From contig JBOFWL010000145.1 of assembly GCA_051653605.1 (NCBI GenBank), forward strand, positions 328,121 to 392,120: a stretch of 64,000 nucleotides of DNA. Direction: 5' to 3'. The position numbers and the translations under genes are program-made. The stretch comes from Brevinema sp. Lineage in GTDB: Bacteria; Spirochaetota; Brevinematia; Brevinematales; Brevinemataceae. Each line of letters starts with the position of its first letter. Position 1 is the first letter of the stretch. Positions 46,069-55,363 of the stretch are shown piece by piece. The notes beneath the pieces are model-generated. The model searched no databases. It saw only the letters and a program-made list of their open reading frames with translations, and had not been told where the DNA came from.

Positions 46069-46690
46069 AATTTTCTTTTCGAACAATATCTTTGATTTTC
46101 ATCAAACGAGACAAGTTAGAACGATCCATTTCGTCGAGTTTCATGAGGATAAATCGGATTGTTTCTTTTGTTCGAGGAATGAGGTTGTATTCGAGAGCAT
46201 TCACTCGCCTACGAGTTTTTTCAATCTCGGCAGCAAGAAGTTCGATAAATTTTTCAATCTCTGCCAACTCAATGAGTTTTTTCACAACACCTGTAAAGAT
46301 TTCCAAAGCAGAATCCACTTCACCGGACGTGCCTACCAAGCCATACTCATGAAGAGAACCTTCATTTGTATATTCAAACTTAGGGGAACGCACTCCCAAA
46401 GTGTTTTGAATACCTGCATCGAGATTAATCTTTGCCGAAGACGATGCAAAAACCATATCAGCAGATGCCTTATCCATTACTCCACGAGCAATCATGAAGT
46501 ACGTGTAGGCTTCTTTTAATTCTTTTTCGGTTTGAATGCGAAGTTCTCGGACATCGTGTACTTTTTCTAAAAAAATCTTAGTTAAAGCATCTTGTTTGTC
46601 TTTGAGAAGCTTATGTCCTCTAGTTGCCGTGCGGAGTCGCGCCTTTTGAACGCTAAGCTCCATTCGGTTAGGGCTTGCTGTTTGTACCAT
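46067..46690 (-). CDS. atpD: V-type ATP synthase subunit D
   Basis: 207 aa with RLRTATRGHKLLKDKQDAL and a coiled-coil central-stalk pattern. It is the last gene in the ntpFIKECGABD-type order. Confidence 0.9.
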   Translation of the reverse strand: MVQTASPNRMELSVQKARLRTATRGHKLLKDKQDALTKIFLEKVHDVRELRIQTEKELKEAYTYFMIARGVMDKASADMVFASSSAKINLDAGIQNTLGVRSPKFEYTNEGSLHEYGLVGTSGEVDSALEIFTGVVKKLIELAEIEKFIELLAAEIEKTRRRVNALEYNLIPRTKETIRFILMKLDEMDRSNLSRLMKIKDIVRKEN

Positions 46691-46699
46691 GGCGACCTC

Positions 46700-48088
46700 T
46701 TATTTCTTATCGAGGTAAGACTGCAAGTATTTTTCCTTGTACTCTTGACGGACACGTTTTAATTCATCATAGGGAAGCTTTGCCAGCAATTGATACCCAA
46801 GATGAATAGTATCTTCAACGACTTGGCGGTTTTCATTCTCCCCTTGAGCAACAAATCGACCTTCATAACCTTCAACAAAGGCTGAGAATTTCTGATCATC
46901 AGGAGTGAGAGCTCCCTCACCCAAGATCGCTTCTAATTCTTTAGCTTCTTTTCCGCGTGCATAGGCTGCGAAAAGCTGGTTAGCAACGTCGGCATGGTCT
47001 TCACGAGTTTTATTTTTACCGATCCCCTTGTCTCGAAGACGAGAAAGAGAAGGTAAAACGTCTACAGGAGGATAGATACCTTTTGCGTGCAGGGCACGGG
47101 AAAGAATGATTTGTCCCTCGGTGATATATCCGGTAAGATCGGGAATAGGGTGAGTTTTGTCGCCTTCGGGCATAGAAAGAATAGGCAACATTGTCACGGA
47201 CCCTTTTTTACCGTTAACTTTTCCGGCTCTTTCGTAGATAGTAGCAAGGTCTGTGTAGAGGTATCCAGGATATCCACGACGAGAAGGAACTTCTTTACGA
47301 GCTGCAGAAATTTCACGAAGAGCCTCAGCATAGTTTGTCATGTCGGTAAGAATAACAAGAATATGCATATTATGCTCGAAAGCGAGGTATTCAGCAGTAG
47401 TTAACGCCATACGAGGTGTAGAGATACGCTCAATAGATGGGTCATCAGCAAGGTTGATGAACATAACTGTACGCTCGATAGCACCTGTTTTTCTTAAATC
47501 TTCAATGAAGAATTCAGCTTCTTCAAAAGTCACACCCATAGCAGCAAAAACCACGGCAAAGTTGTCCCCATCTTTAAGGGTGCGAGCTTGACGAGCGATT
47601 TGAGCAGCCAATCGGGAGTGAGGAAGCCCAGATTCAGAGAAAATTGGAAGCTTTTGACCACGAACAAGAGGGCTCATCCCGTCGATAGAAGAAATACCTG
47701 TTTGGATAAATTCATCTGGGTAGTCGCGGGAGAAAGGATTGATAGAAGCTCCATTAATATCAAGATGTTGATCAGGAATGAGGTCGGGGGCGCCATCTTT
47801 AGGACGACCCGATCCGTCGAAAACGCGACCAAGCATATCTTTAGAAACAGGAACAGTAAGAGTTTTTCCTAAAAAAGTTACTTTAGATTCGGCAACGTCG
47901 ATACCTTGAGTACCCTCAAACACCTGCACAAGCGCGCGATCGGTTTGAGTTTCAAGAACTTTACCGTTACGACGAGTACCATCAGCAAGCTCAATCGAAA
48001 CGAGTTCTTCGTATTTAACGTTTGCTACTTTTTCAACAATCAGGAGCGGCCCTTCAACACCGCGTATGGTTTTGTATTCTTTAAGCAT
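46700..48088 (-). CDS. atpB: V-type ATP synthase subunit B
   Basis: 462 aa, non-catalytic A/B family ([28 protein letters not shown]). Its start overlaps the atpA stop. Confidence 0.95.
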   Translation of the reverse strand: MLKEYKTIRGVEGPLLIVEKVANVKYEELVSIELADGTRRNGKVLETQTDRALVQVFEGTQGIDVAESKVTFLGKTLTVPVSKDMLGRVFDGSGRPKDGAPDLIPDQHLDINGASINPFSRDYPDEFIQTGISSIDGMSPLVRGQKLPIFSESGLPHSRLAAQIARQARTLKDGDNFAVVFAAMGVTFEEAEFFIEDLRKTGAIERTVMFINLADDPSIERISTPRMALTTAEYLAFEHNMHILVILTDMTNYAEALREISAARKEVPSRRGYPGYLYTDLATIYERAGKVNGKKGSVTMLPILSMPEGDKTHPIPDLTGYITEGQIILSRALHAKGIYPPVDVLPSLSRLRDKGIGKNKTREDHADVANQLFAAYARGKEAKELEAILGEGALTPDDQKFSAFVEGYEGRFVAQGENENRQVVEDTIHLGYQLLAKLPYDELKRVRQEYKEKYLQSYLDKK

Positions 48089-49853
48089 TGGCGGCTCCTA
48101 AAGAGGCGAAATCGCTATTAATTTCGTCTTCAAATTTTTTAAAGTAAGCATCTTTTTCATTTTCGGGAGTATATTTCATATCAGCAAACTTTTTATTACA
48201 GGGGAGAGTTTCAATAGCAGCGTATTCCACACCAGCGCGGATAGAATCCAATCCTTTGTTGTAGAAGCTAAGAATTACACGCATCATCGCAACTTGTTTT
48301 TGCATAGATGTGTAGGTATCAACTTCGTGGAAGGAGTTTTGGTGGAGGAAGTCTTCCCGAATTTGTTTTGCTGTGTGAAGAGTTAAGCGTTGTTCGCGTG
48401 TGAGCGAATCAATACCAACAAGGCGAACAATTTCTTTAAGGTCGGCTTCTTCTTTAAGAATACGCATGCCTAAAGTACGCATATCTGCCCAATCTTCGCT
48501 AACATTATTACGCCAGAATTCGGTAAGCTGCTCTGCATATTGAGAGTAAGATTGAAGCCAGTCGATAGCAGGGAAGTGACGTTGATAAGCGAGAGAAGCA
48601 GACAAAGCCCAGAATACTTTTACAACACGAAGTGTGTTTTGAGTAACAGGCTCGGAGAAGTCTCCCCCAGGAGGTGATACGGCACCAATAACAGATACCG
48701 AAGCCTCTCTTTGAGTGCTACCAAGAATGTTAACAATACCTGCTCGTTCATAGAAAGTTGCAAGACGTGAGCCGAGGTAGGCAGGATACCCTTCTTCCCC
48801 AGGCATTTCTTCAAGGCGTCCACCCATTTCGCGGAGAGCTTCCGCCCAACGAGAGGTAGAGTCAGCCATGATAGCCACGTGGTAACCTTGATCTCTAAAG
48901 TACTCAGCCAAGGTAATACCAGTATAGATAGAAGCTTCACGAGCAGCCACAGGCATATTGGAAGTATTCGCAACCAAAACGGTACGATCCATCAATGGTT
49001 TACCTGATTTAGGGTCGATCAATTCTGGGAATTCTTTTAATACGTCGGTCATTTCGTTTCCGCGTTCACCGCATCCAACGTAGACCACCACTTCGGCTTC
49101 AGACCATTTTGCAAGCTGGTGTTGAGTAACCGTCTTACCTGCACCAAATGGCCCAGGAACAGCAGCAGTTCCACCCTTAACGAGAGGGAAGAATGTATCA
49201 ACAACGCGTTGCCCTGTCATCATTTGCACGCGAGGTGGAAGTTTTTGTTTAACTGGGCGAGGGATACGCACAGGCCATTTATGAGCCAAGAAAACGTCAT
49301 GGCTTTTGCCTTGTTCGTCCTCAATCACCCCGATAACTTCACGCACAGTGAAGGTACCACTTGATATTTTTTTGATCGTACCTTTAACACCGTGGGGCAC
49401 AAGAATACGATGTTCGATGAGGGCTGTTTCTTGCACAACACCAACAACATCACCGGTTTCAACTGTTTCACCGACTTTAGCAGTAGCTTGGAAGTCCCAT
49501 TTTTTTGTTTCATCCAAAGCAGGCACGTCGATTCCACGAGCAATATAGATAGATCCAGAAGCTTTTTCGATAGCTTCTAGAGGGCGTTGGATTCCATCGA
49601 AGAAGTTTCCGATTAATCCAGGCCCTAATTCGACGGATAAAGGTGTTCCCGTGGTTACCACAGGTTCGCCTGGGCCGACGCCAGAAGTATCTTCATACAC
49701 CTGGACATAGGCTTTGTCGCCGTCTAAGCGGATAATTTCCCCAATAAGTTGGAGATCTCCGACTTTAACCATGTCAAGCATCTTGGCACCGGTCATTCCA
49801 CCGGCAACCACGAGAGGCCCTGTCACTTTTAAGATTTGACCTTGTTCTTTCAT
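48081..49853 (-). CDS. atpA: V-type ATP synthase catalytic subunit A
   Basis: 590 aa with Walker [23 protein letters not shown] and the non-homologous insert typical of A subunits. Confidence 0.97.
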   Translation of the reverse strand: MKEQGQILKVTGPLVVAGGMTGAKMLDMVKVGDLQLIGEIIRLDGDKAYVQVYEDTSGVGPGEPVVTTGTPLSVELGPGLIGNFFDGIQRPLEAIEKASGSIYIARGIDVPALDETKKWDFQATAKVGETVETGDVVGVVQETALIEHRILVPHGVKGTIKKISSGTFTVREVIGVIEDEQGKSHDVFLAHKWPVRIPRPVKQKLPPRVQMMTGQRVVDTFFPLVKGGTAAVPGPFGAGKTVTQHQLAKWSEAEVVVYVGCGERGNEMTDVLKEFPELIDPKSGKPLMDRTVLVANTSNMPVAAREASIYTGITLAEYFRDQGYHVAIMADSTSRWAEALREMGGRLEEMPGEEGYPAYLGSRLATFYERAGIVNILGSTQREASVSVIGAVSPPGGDFSEPVTQNTLRVVKVFWALSASLAYQRHFPAIDWLQSYSQYAEQLTEFWRNNVSEDWADMRTLGMRILKEEADLKEIVRLVGIDSLTREQRLTLHTAKQIREDFLHQNSFHEVDTYTSMQKQVAMMRVILSFYNKGLDSIRAGVEYAAIETLPCNKKFADMKYTPENEKDAYFKKFEDEINSDFASLGAANA

Positions 49854-50198
49854 TTATGAATTTCCTCCCTTCTGGGCAAAAATATCCATTCCGATGGCGC
49901 GAGTAACCTGAGAGGTTAACCGTTCCAGAGCCCAACCTCCGCGGCCAGTTGTGCCGGGAATAGGAGTAATGGATAGTCCCCTATACTGGTTATTGATTGA
50001 AGAAATAATGTCACCTATTGGAGTACAAAATGTTTCTTCAAGAAAGATAATCCCGTAGGATCCGTCATCGGCAAGTTTACGTAATACCTGTGCGGCTTCT
50101 TCGGGGCTTTCCACTTGGTGAGCTTCAGCGCCGATAGAGCGAAAAGGCAATACAGTATCGGGGGCTCCGATGACTGCTATTTTTTTATTATCCGACAT
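49854..50198 (-). CDS. atpF: V-type ATP synthase subunit F
   Basis: 114 aa with IAVIGAPDTVLPFRSIG. Confidence 0.85.
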   Translation of the reverse strand: MSDNKKIAVIGAPDTVLPFRSIGAEAHQVESPEEAAQVLRKLADDGSYGIIFLEETFCTPIGDIISSINNQYRGLSITPIPGTTGRGGWALERLTSQVTRAIGMDIFAQKGGNS

Positions 50199-51186
50199 TT
50201 CTGACTCTCCCTTTGATCGATTCGGTGCTCATATCATTAAGCTTTCCGATAATGATCAACTTGAGGTTTTTCATTTCAACATCAAGAGTTCGCAGAGTTT
50301 CCTCAATAACGGCTGGGCCTGTCATAATATAGGAAAACGCTTTTACTTGTTGAAGAAGATATTCGTCGATTTGCTTTTCTAACGAAGAGATAGATTTGGT
50401 AGAAGCCCACTCGCTCAGACCTTGCGCCAATGAAGGGCCATAAGGTCCGGTAAGAATAAGTTCTACTGTATCTTCTGCGGAAAGATTTGCTTGATCGATG
50501 AAGAAATCTGGGCTGACAAATCCACCAGGGATGAGAAGGTCAACCATTTCCTCTCGATTCATATCGATTTTCTTAGCACGAAGGATATTTTTAATATTTT
50601 CGCAGTCAATTTCCTTTTTGTATAGGTCGAAAATAGGTAAATATGCCTTATTTTTAACGCTAGCACGACGAAGAACACTTAATCTTTCGCTATAATAAGC
50701 TTTATCCAGGAGAAAATCTACCTTTCGTGCAGCAAATTCTTTAGATGAAAGCTCTAGTAACGCGTTCTTCACAGGAATTGGTAAAAAATTATAAAGTTCA
50801 TCCTGAACAATAGCAAACATCCGTTCGGGGGCGATGGTTCCTGCCTCAGAGAGCGTTTCCCAAGCCACCTCTCGTTGAGATATTTTCGCTTTATAAAGAA
50901 GTTTCAGGTTATTAAGATCCGTTTTCATTGCATACACATTGAAAAGCGTGTGCTGAGGCGAAGATTGCTTGAGCGCAGCTATCTTTTCAATGGTAAATTC
51001 TTCAAAAGCGGGTGTAAAGTCTTTAATGCTTCGGTTTTGAAAAAACGATCCATAGGCGGTGTCTTCTAATGCCTTAGCACAGGATTCTGCATCGGGGCTT
51101 TCGGCGAGTGTTGCAAAAAAACCGTTAGTAAGCGTATGGGTGCGTTCGGCGCGGAGCAAGCCGCTGATATATCCCCAACTTTCCAT
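50188..51186 (-). CDS. atpC: V-type ATP synthase subunit C (d-type)
   Basis: 332 aa, helical, in the position between E and F as in the Enterococcus ntp operon. Confidence 0.85.
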   Translation of the reverse strand: MESWGYISGLLRAERTHTLTNGFFATLAESPDAESCAKALEDTAYGSFFQNRSIKDFTPAFEEFTIEKIAALKQSSPQHTLFNVYAMKTDLNNLKLLYKAKISQREVAWETLSEAGTIAPERMFAIVQDELYNFLPIPVKNALLELSSKEFAARKVDFLLDKAYYSERLSVLRRASVKNKAYLPIFDLYKKEIDCENIKNILRAKKIDMNREEMVDLLIPGGFVSPDFFIDQANLSAEDTVELILTGPYGPSLAQGLSEWASTKSISSLEKQIDEYLLQQVKAFSYIMTGPAVIEETLRTLDVEMKNLKLIIIGKLNDMSTESIKGRVRNVG

Positions 51187-51188
51187 GG

Positions 51189-51764
51189 TTATCTCCCAAA
51201 CAAGATATCAGCAACGGGCTTTTCTGTTTTTTCACGAATTTGAGCAAACAAGGTTTCCGCTGTGATATTAAAGAAAACTTCTCCATCACGAAGAATAACC
51301 CCACCAGCAAACGTTCCCTTATCTTTGGCAAAGACAAGAGCTGATCCTGCTTCTTTATTAAGGGCATCGAGCCAAGCTTGATTAAGAGCCTTATCAGATG
51401 CAGAGAGAATTACTTCTTCTTTTTTACTTTGGAGAACGCTGATGATTAGTTTTTTCATCAAAGGTGCGTAGTCGGCGGAAGCTAAAAAGCTTTCTTGAGC
51501 AGCAGTGTAGACATTGTCTATACAGTTGCGTTTTTTAGCAAGAATACTATTAGCGAGCGTCCGACGGGCATCAATAACGAGACCACGTTCAACATTTTCA
51601 GCGATACTTTTAGCAGCGCGTTGGTGTTCATCTTTATAAGCAGCTATTTCTTTCTGAGATTCTGCTTGAAATTGTGTTGCCTGGTCGCGAGCGACTTTTA
51701 AGGCGTCTTGTTTTTTTTGTTCGGCGTCTGCCAGAATTTTTTTCTTGATATCTTCCAAGCTCAT
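51189..51764 (-). CDS. atpE: V-type ATP synthase subunit E
   Basis: 191 aa with a long charged N-terminal helix (MSLEDIKKKILADAEQKKQDALKVARDQ) and a globular C-terminus. Confidence 0.85.
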   Translation of the reverse strand: MSLEDIKKKILADAEQKKQDALKVARDQATQFQAESQKEIAAYKDEHQRAAKSIAENVERGLVIDARRTLANSILAKKRNCIDNVYTAAQESFLASADYAPLMKKLIISVLQSKKEEVILSASDKALNQAWLDALNKEAGSALVFAKDKGTFAGGVILRDGEVFFNITAETLFAQIREKTEKPVADILFGR

Positions 51765-51805
51765 GGTAACACTCCTTAAATTATTTGAAAATCAAGGAAT
51801 AAAGC

Positions 51806-52390
51806 TTAGTTGATGAGGTTCATTAACAAGATAGATGCCAAGAGTCCGAAAACAGCAAATGTTTCTACCATGGCAGGAAGAATGATAGCTTGACCCATTT
51901 GTTTAGGGCGACGAGCGATCAATTGCATACCAGCAGCACTGATTTTTCCTTGCCAAACACCGGAGATAAATCCAGAAATACCAACAGGAAGAGCAGCAAA
52001 AAGAATACCTAAACCATTGGTTAAACCAGCTGCATCAGCTGTGAGGAGAGGCACTTTTCCTAAGAACATAAATGCGTAAAGAAGACCATAGATCCCTTGT
52101 GTCATAGGAAGAGCTTGAAGAACGAGTACTGAACCGAACTTTTTAGCATCTTCAGTAAGAACAGCGTTACCAACTTCTCCGGCAATGCCCACACCGATAC
52201 TGGAACCAAATCCACCACCGAAAGTAGCAATAGCGGCACCTAAAATACCCAAAACAAGTCCCCAGTTAACAGCCACAGCAAAGCTAGGCATAACAGGTGC
52301 AGCTGCTTGAATAACAACTTGAGCTGCTTCTTGAGCATTTAACGATGCAGCGACAAAGACAAAAACAGAGAAAGTAAAAACTTTTTTCAT
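51806..52390 (-). CDS. atpK: V-type ATP synthase proteolipid subunit K (double hairpin) with Na+-binding signature
   Basis: 194 aa. It aligns with Enterococcus hirae NtpK as I remember it (FGSVLVLQALPMTQGIYGLLYAF, SGVWQGKISAAGMQLIARRP, LPAMVETFAVFGL). A strong SD, GGGAGGA, precedes the ATG at 52390. Confidence 0.9.
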   Translation of the reverse strand: MKKVFTFSVFVFVAASLNAQEAAQVVIQAAAPVMPSFAVAVNWGLVLGILGAAIATFGGGFGSSIGVGIAGEVGNAVLTEDAKKFGSVLVLQALPMTQGIYGLLYAFMFLGKVPLLTADAAGLTNGLGILFAALPVGISGFISGVWQGKISAAGMQLIARRPKQMGQAIILPAMVETFAVFGLLASILLMNLIN

Positions 52391-52468
52391 AAAGGAAGTC
52401 CTCCCATAATATTTTCTATTAAATTTGATTAGCTACTTAGCTATTTTACATTTGTCAGGTTTTGACAA

Positions 52469-52723
52469 TTATTTTTTCCAACGTTTCTGATAGGGAATAC
52501 CTATGGTAAAAAGCCAAGCTTTCCACGCGGGCATTTTCTTTTCATCACGAAGAATGTGATACACAGATGTTTGAAATTCCTTAGCATCTGTTGTAGGGTC
52601 GGTGAATTGCCCGTCTTGCCAGCAAAAAGAGCAGTATTGGGTACTTAAAGTCCCATCGGCATTGCTGCCACCGCCTTTTGGATCCGACTGAAGAGGCATT
52701 CCACAACTTTCGCACATAGTCAT
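52469..52723 (-). CDS. Zinc-ribbon domain protein (Zn_ribbon_2-like) embedded in the V-ATPase operon
   Basis: 84 aa with the C4 pattern CESCGMPL...YCSFCWQDGQF. AGGAG lies 5 nt upstream and overlaps the atpI stop. Confidence 0.75.
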   Translation of the reverse strand: MTMCESCGMPLQSDPKGGGSNADGTLSTQYCSFCWQDGQFTDPTTDAKEFQTSVYHILRDEKKMPAWKAWLFTIGIPYQKRWKK

Positions 52724-52731
52724 AGAGTCTC

Positions 52732-54777
52732 CTATTTTACCATATAGTGGCTTCCTTCACGTTTGAGGGGAGAATATTCTTTTCCGCCTCCTTCCATAAA
52801 TTGGCCGAAAAATTCTACAAATTGTAAACGAAGAGCGTGGACAAAAGCTCCAAATCCACCCAAAACAAGGTTAAACAGGTGAAGGAAGATAAGAAGAGCC
52901 AATCCGAATACAGATAAAATAGGGGTGATATCTGCGAGGCTTTTCGCCATCCCTAAAGCGAGCTGATTGAATACATTAGCAATAATTCCAGAAGACAAAC
53001 CTAAAGCCAACAATCGAGCGTAAGAAAGAAGGTTTGAAAGATAACTAGAAATGCTATAAAGTTCCCATAGCCCACCAAGAGAACCTAAGATTCCTTGAAT
53101 AGGACCCTTTTGGAATCCCAATCTCATCGCATTTAGGATGATGAGAACCGCACCTATTTTCATGGTAAGGAAGAACTTAGCTAGTGTTTTATCTGAAATT
53201 AAGTTTAATCCGGCCATAGAGGCGATCCAAGAGAGAATTGCCCATAAGAAGAACCCAGAAAGAAGGATCATCCATGGAAGATTACAGAACAACGCTTCTT
53301 TTAAGTCTTTCTTGAGGCTCATCAGGAATTTAATAAAATAGCCGTACCAAAGCTGAACAGCACCTAAAGCCAGAGAAATAAACAAGACGATAAGAGGCTT
53401 ATCAAAGAAGGCACTCCCGTCGGAATAGCTAATTCTCAAGGTATCTAAAATAGGGATATGGAAATAATTAGGGTTGGTAAATAAATCCCCAGCATAAGAA
53501 CCAAATAAGACTCCGGCAATCATTCCAGAAAATCCACTCCAAGCAAGCAAGGCGTAGAAATTGGCACCCGCTTTATTGGCACGATTTTTAAACATCATAT
53601 AAAGAGAGAATGCTGCCAAAATAGAACCATAAACAAAGTCTCCGAAACAAAACCCGTAATAAACAAAGTAAAAAGGAGTAAGATGCGGGGTAGGGTCGAC
53701 GGTGGCGCCATACATGGGGGTACCATACATTGTTGTAAGTGCAGAGAAAGGACGAGTAAGCCCGTTATTTTTTAAGGAAACAGGCACTGTTTCGTACTCG
53801 TCTTCGGAAGGGTCTTCCACGAGAACATCAATTGTTTTATACTTTGAAAGCTGTGCAGAAACCTTTGGTAAGGCCTCTTCTGGCACCCAAGCTCGGAAAA
53901 AGGTGACGCTATCCGAGGCCAAAGCCATTGCATGAGCCTTTTGTTTTTGAAGATCCATCTCAATAGCATCATGAATGAGGGTGATGGAGTCTATTTTATC
54001 GGCGTAGTCGGCCCATTGAGCAAGCGCTTTATTGTGGCGATCCACAGCGACTTCAATTTCATCTTCGAGAGTATTGAGAATCCCCACTGTATTTCCGGAA
54101 CGACGTGTTAGCTGGAGAACATTGAAGGGTTTTTCTTTAAGAATGAGGTTAACACTATCCCACACATCGATGGAAGCGATAACGTAACAAAAAGCCTCTT
54201 TATCTTGAGTATAAACGACAAGCACGTCAGATAGAGGAGTTGCCTGAGCAAGAGCAAGTTTAAAATCTTCGAGGGCGCTTTCAGAAATCTGACCAACGAC
54301 TCCCCTTAAGGTGGCACTTTTTTGCTGAATAGGATCGAAATCATCCACAACAGAAGCCCAACGATTGATTACAGCATGTTCATTTTTGAGTACGGCAACA
54401 AGAGCTTCACTATCTCTAGTCTCACGATCAAGAGCACGGAAATGATTAGAAAGTTGAAGAGGATCATGTTTTTTAAGTAGGCGGTCGATAGTTTCGGATG
54501 ACGTCACTTCAAAAGAAGGAACCTTAACATTTGAAAGCTCTTTCATTCTACTAATAGCCAAGGCTAATTCTCTTCTAATTTCTTCGTTGGAGGATATATT
54601 AGAAAGAACAGGGTTGAGATCTTTAGCCCACTCATCACGAGCAGGTGCGTCCTCAGAAGGAAGGGCATCTAGAGCATCGATATGAACCGCGCCCGAGGCT
54701 TGAAGTTCATCGATCAAAGCATCTTTGATATCTGTGCTGACAGCTATAGTCAGCTTTTTCATTTTAGCGATTGCCAT
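52732..54777 (-). CDS. atpI: V-type ATP synthase subunit I (a-type stator)
   Basis: 681 aa with a soluble N-terminal half and a polytopic C-terminal half containing ...SYARLLALGLSSGIIA. Confidence 0.92.
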   Translation of the reverse strand: MAIAKMKKLTIAVSTDIKDALIDELQASGAVHIDALDALPSEDAPARDEWAKDLNPVLSNISSNEEIRRELALAISRMKELSNVKVPSFEVTSSETIDRLLKKHDPLQLSNHFRALDRETRDSEALVAVLKNEHAVINRWASVVDDFDPIQQKSATLRGVVGQISESALEDFKLALAQATPLSDVLVVYTQDKEAFCYVIASIDVWDSVNLILKEKPFNVLQLTRRSGNTVGILNTLEDEIEVAVDRHNKALAQWADYADKIDSITLIHDAIEMDLQKQKAHAMALASDSVTFFRAWVPEEALPKVSAQLSKYKTIDVLVEDPSEDEYETVPVSLKNNGLTRPFSALTTMYGTPMYGATVDPTPHLTPFYFVYYGFCFGDFVYGSILAAFSLYMMFKNRANKAGANFYALLAWSGFSGMIAGVLFGSYAGDLFTNPNYFHIPILDTLRISYSDGSAFFDKPLIVLFISLALGAVQLWYGYFIKFLMSLKKDLKEALFCNLPWMILLSGFFLWAILSWIASMAGLNLISDKTLAKFFLTMKIGAVLIILNAMRLGFQKGPIQGILGSLGGLWELYSISSYLSNLLSYARLLALGLSSGIIANVFNQLALGMAKSLADITPILSVFGLALLIFLHLFNLVLGGFGAFVHALRLQFVEFFGQFMEGGGKEYSPLKREGSHYMVK

Positions 54778-55090
54778 AACTCACCTTCATTTCTTCGAGA
54801 ACAAGGGCAACAGCCTTTGCCTGTGACGTTGATGCATGCTTTTCAATTTCTGCAAGGTCGGCATTAAGAGATGCAAGAATTTTTTGCGCCTGCTCTGAAC
54901 CCTGTTTGTGGTAAGTTGCAATGACATCAGCCTCATGCTTACGAACGAATTGCTTAGCATCTTCCATTGCTTTTTGAGCATCCACACGAGCATTGCGGGT
55001 AAGAGCTTGAACTTCTTCATCGGTTGATGCAATAAGATTAGCGGCCTTTTGTTCCGCTTGACGAATTTCCTGAAGTTTCACGGCATCCAT
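54764..55090 (-). CDS. V-type ATP synthase small peripheral-stalk subunit (G/H, NtpF-like)
   Basis: 108 aa, an all-helical charged protein. It is the first gene of the operon and overlaps atpI by 14 nt. Confidence 0.7.
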   Translation of the reverse strand: MDAVKLQEIRQAEQKAANLIASTDEEVQALTRNARVDAQKAMEDAKQFVRKHEADVIATYHKQGSEQAQKILASLNADLAEIEKHASTSQAKAVALVLEEMKVSYGNR

Positions 55091-55140
55091 AGATGGTTCC
55101 TCCCGTTTTATTTAATATCAATTATAAACACAAGGTAATC

Positions 55141-55169
55141 ATTATAACGAAGGTTGTATTTTTTTTCAA
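55141..55169 (-). promoter_or_regulatory. Consensus sigma70 promoter of the V-ATPase operon
   Basis: On the minus strand: TTGAAA (55169-55164), N17, TATAAT (55146-55141). Confidence 0.7.
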
Positions 55170-55228
55170 GAAAAGACCTCGTCTTTCTATCTAAAAACAT
55201 AAAAAAATACGATAAATTATAAATTTAC

Positions 55229-55258
55229 TTGCAAAACCCTTGATTATTAGGGTAAAAT
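55229..55258 (+). promoter_or_regulatory. sigma70 promoter (divergent from the V-ATPase promoter)
   Basis: TTGCAA (55229-55234), N18, TAAAAT (55253-55258). Confidence 0.55.
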
Positions 55259-55278
55259 GTATTATTCTATAAGAACAA

Positions 55279-55316
55279 CGAGAATCTTGTTTTCACTATT
55301 CTCGGTGATTTTTTTT
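55279..55316 (+). terminator. Terminator-like hairpin plus T8 in the leader of the 55364 gene (attenuator or sRNA end)
   Basis: CGAGAAT (55279-55285) pairs with ATTCTCG (55298-55304) around a 12-nt loop. A 4-nt spacer and T8 (55309-55316) follow. Confidence 0.3.
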
Positions 55317-55363
55317 CCTATTTTATTATTCGGAACGGAAAAATTTTTTTTAAGGTTTTTCAT

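Noticed and set aside
45971-46519. A 182-aa + strand ORF.
   Set aside because: It is antisense to the well-conserved V-ATPase subunit D gene, runs across that operon's terminator, has no SD, and has a Cys/Phe-rich nonsense-like composition.
52391-52468. An internal promoter for ntpK in the 78-nt spacer (TTGTCA...TAAAAT on the minus strand).
   Set aside because: The spacing between the hexamers is only 14 nt. The inverted repeats TTGTCA/TGACAA and AGCTA/TAGCT are short. I could not support a promoter or terminator call.
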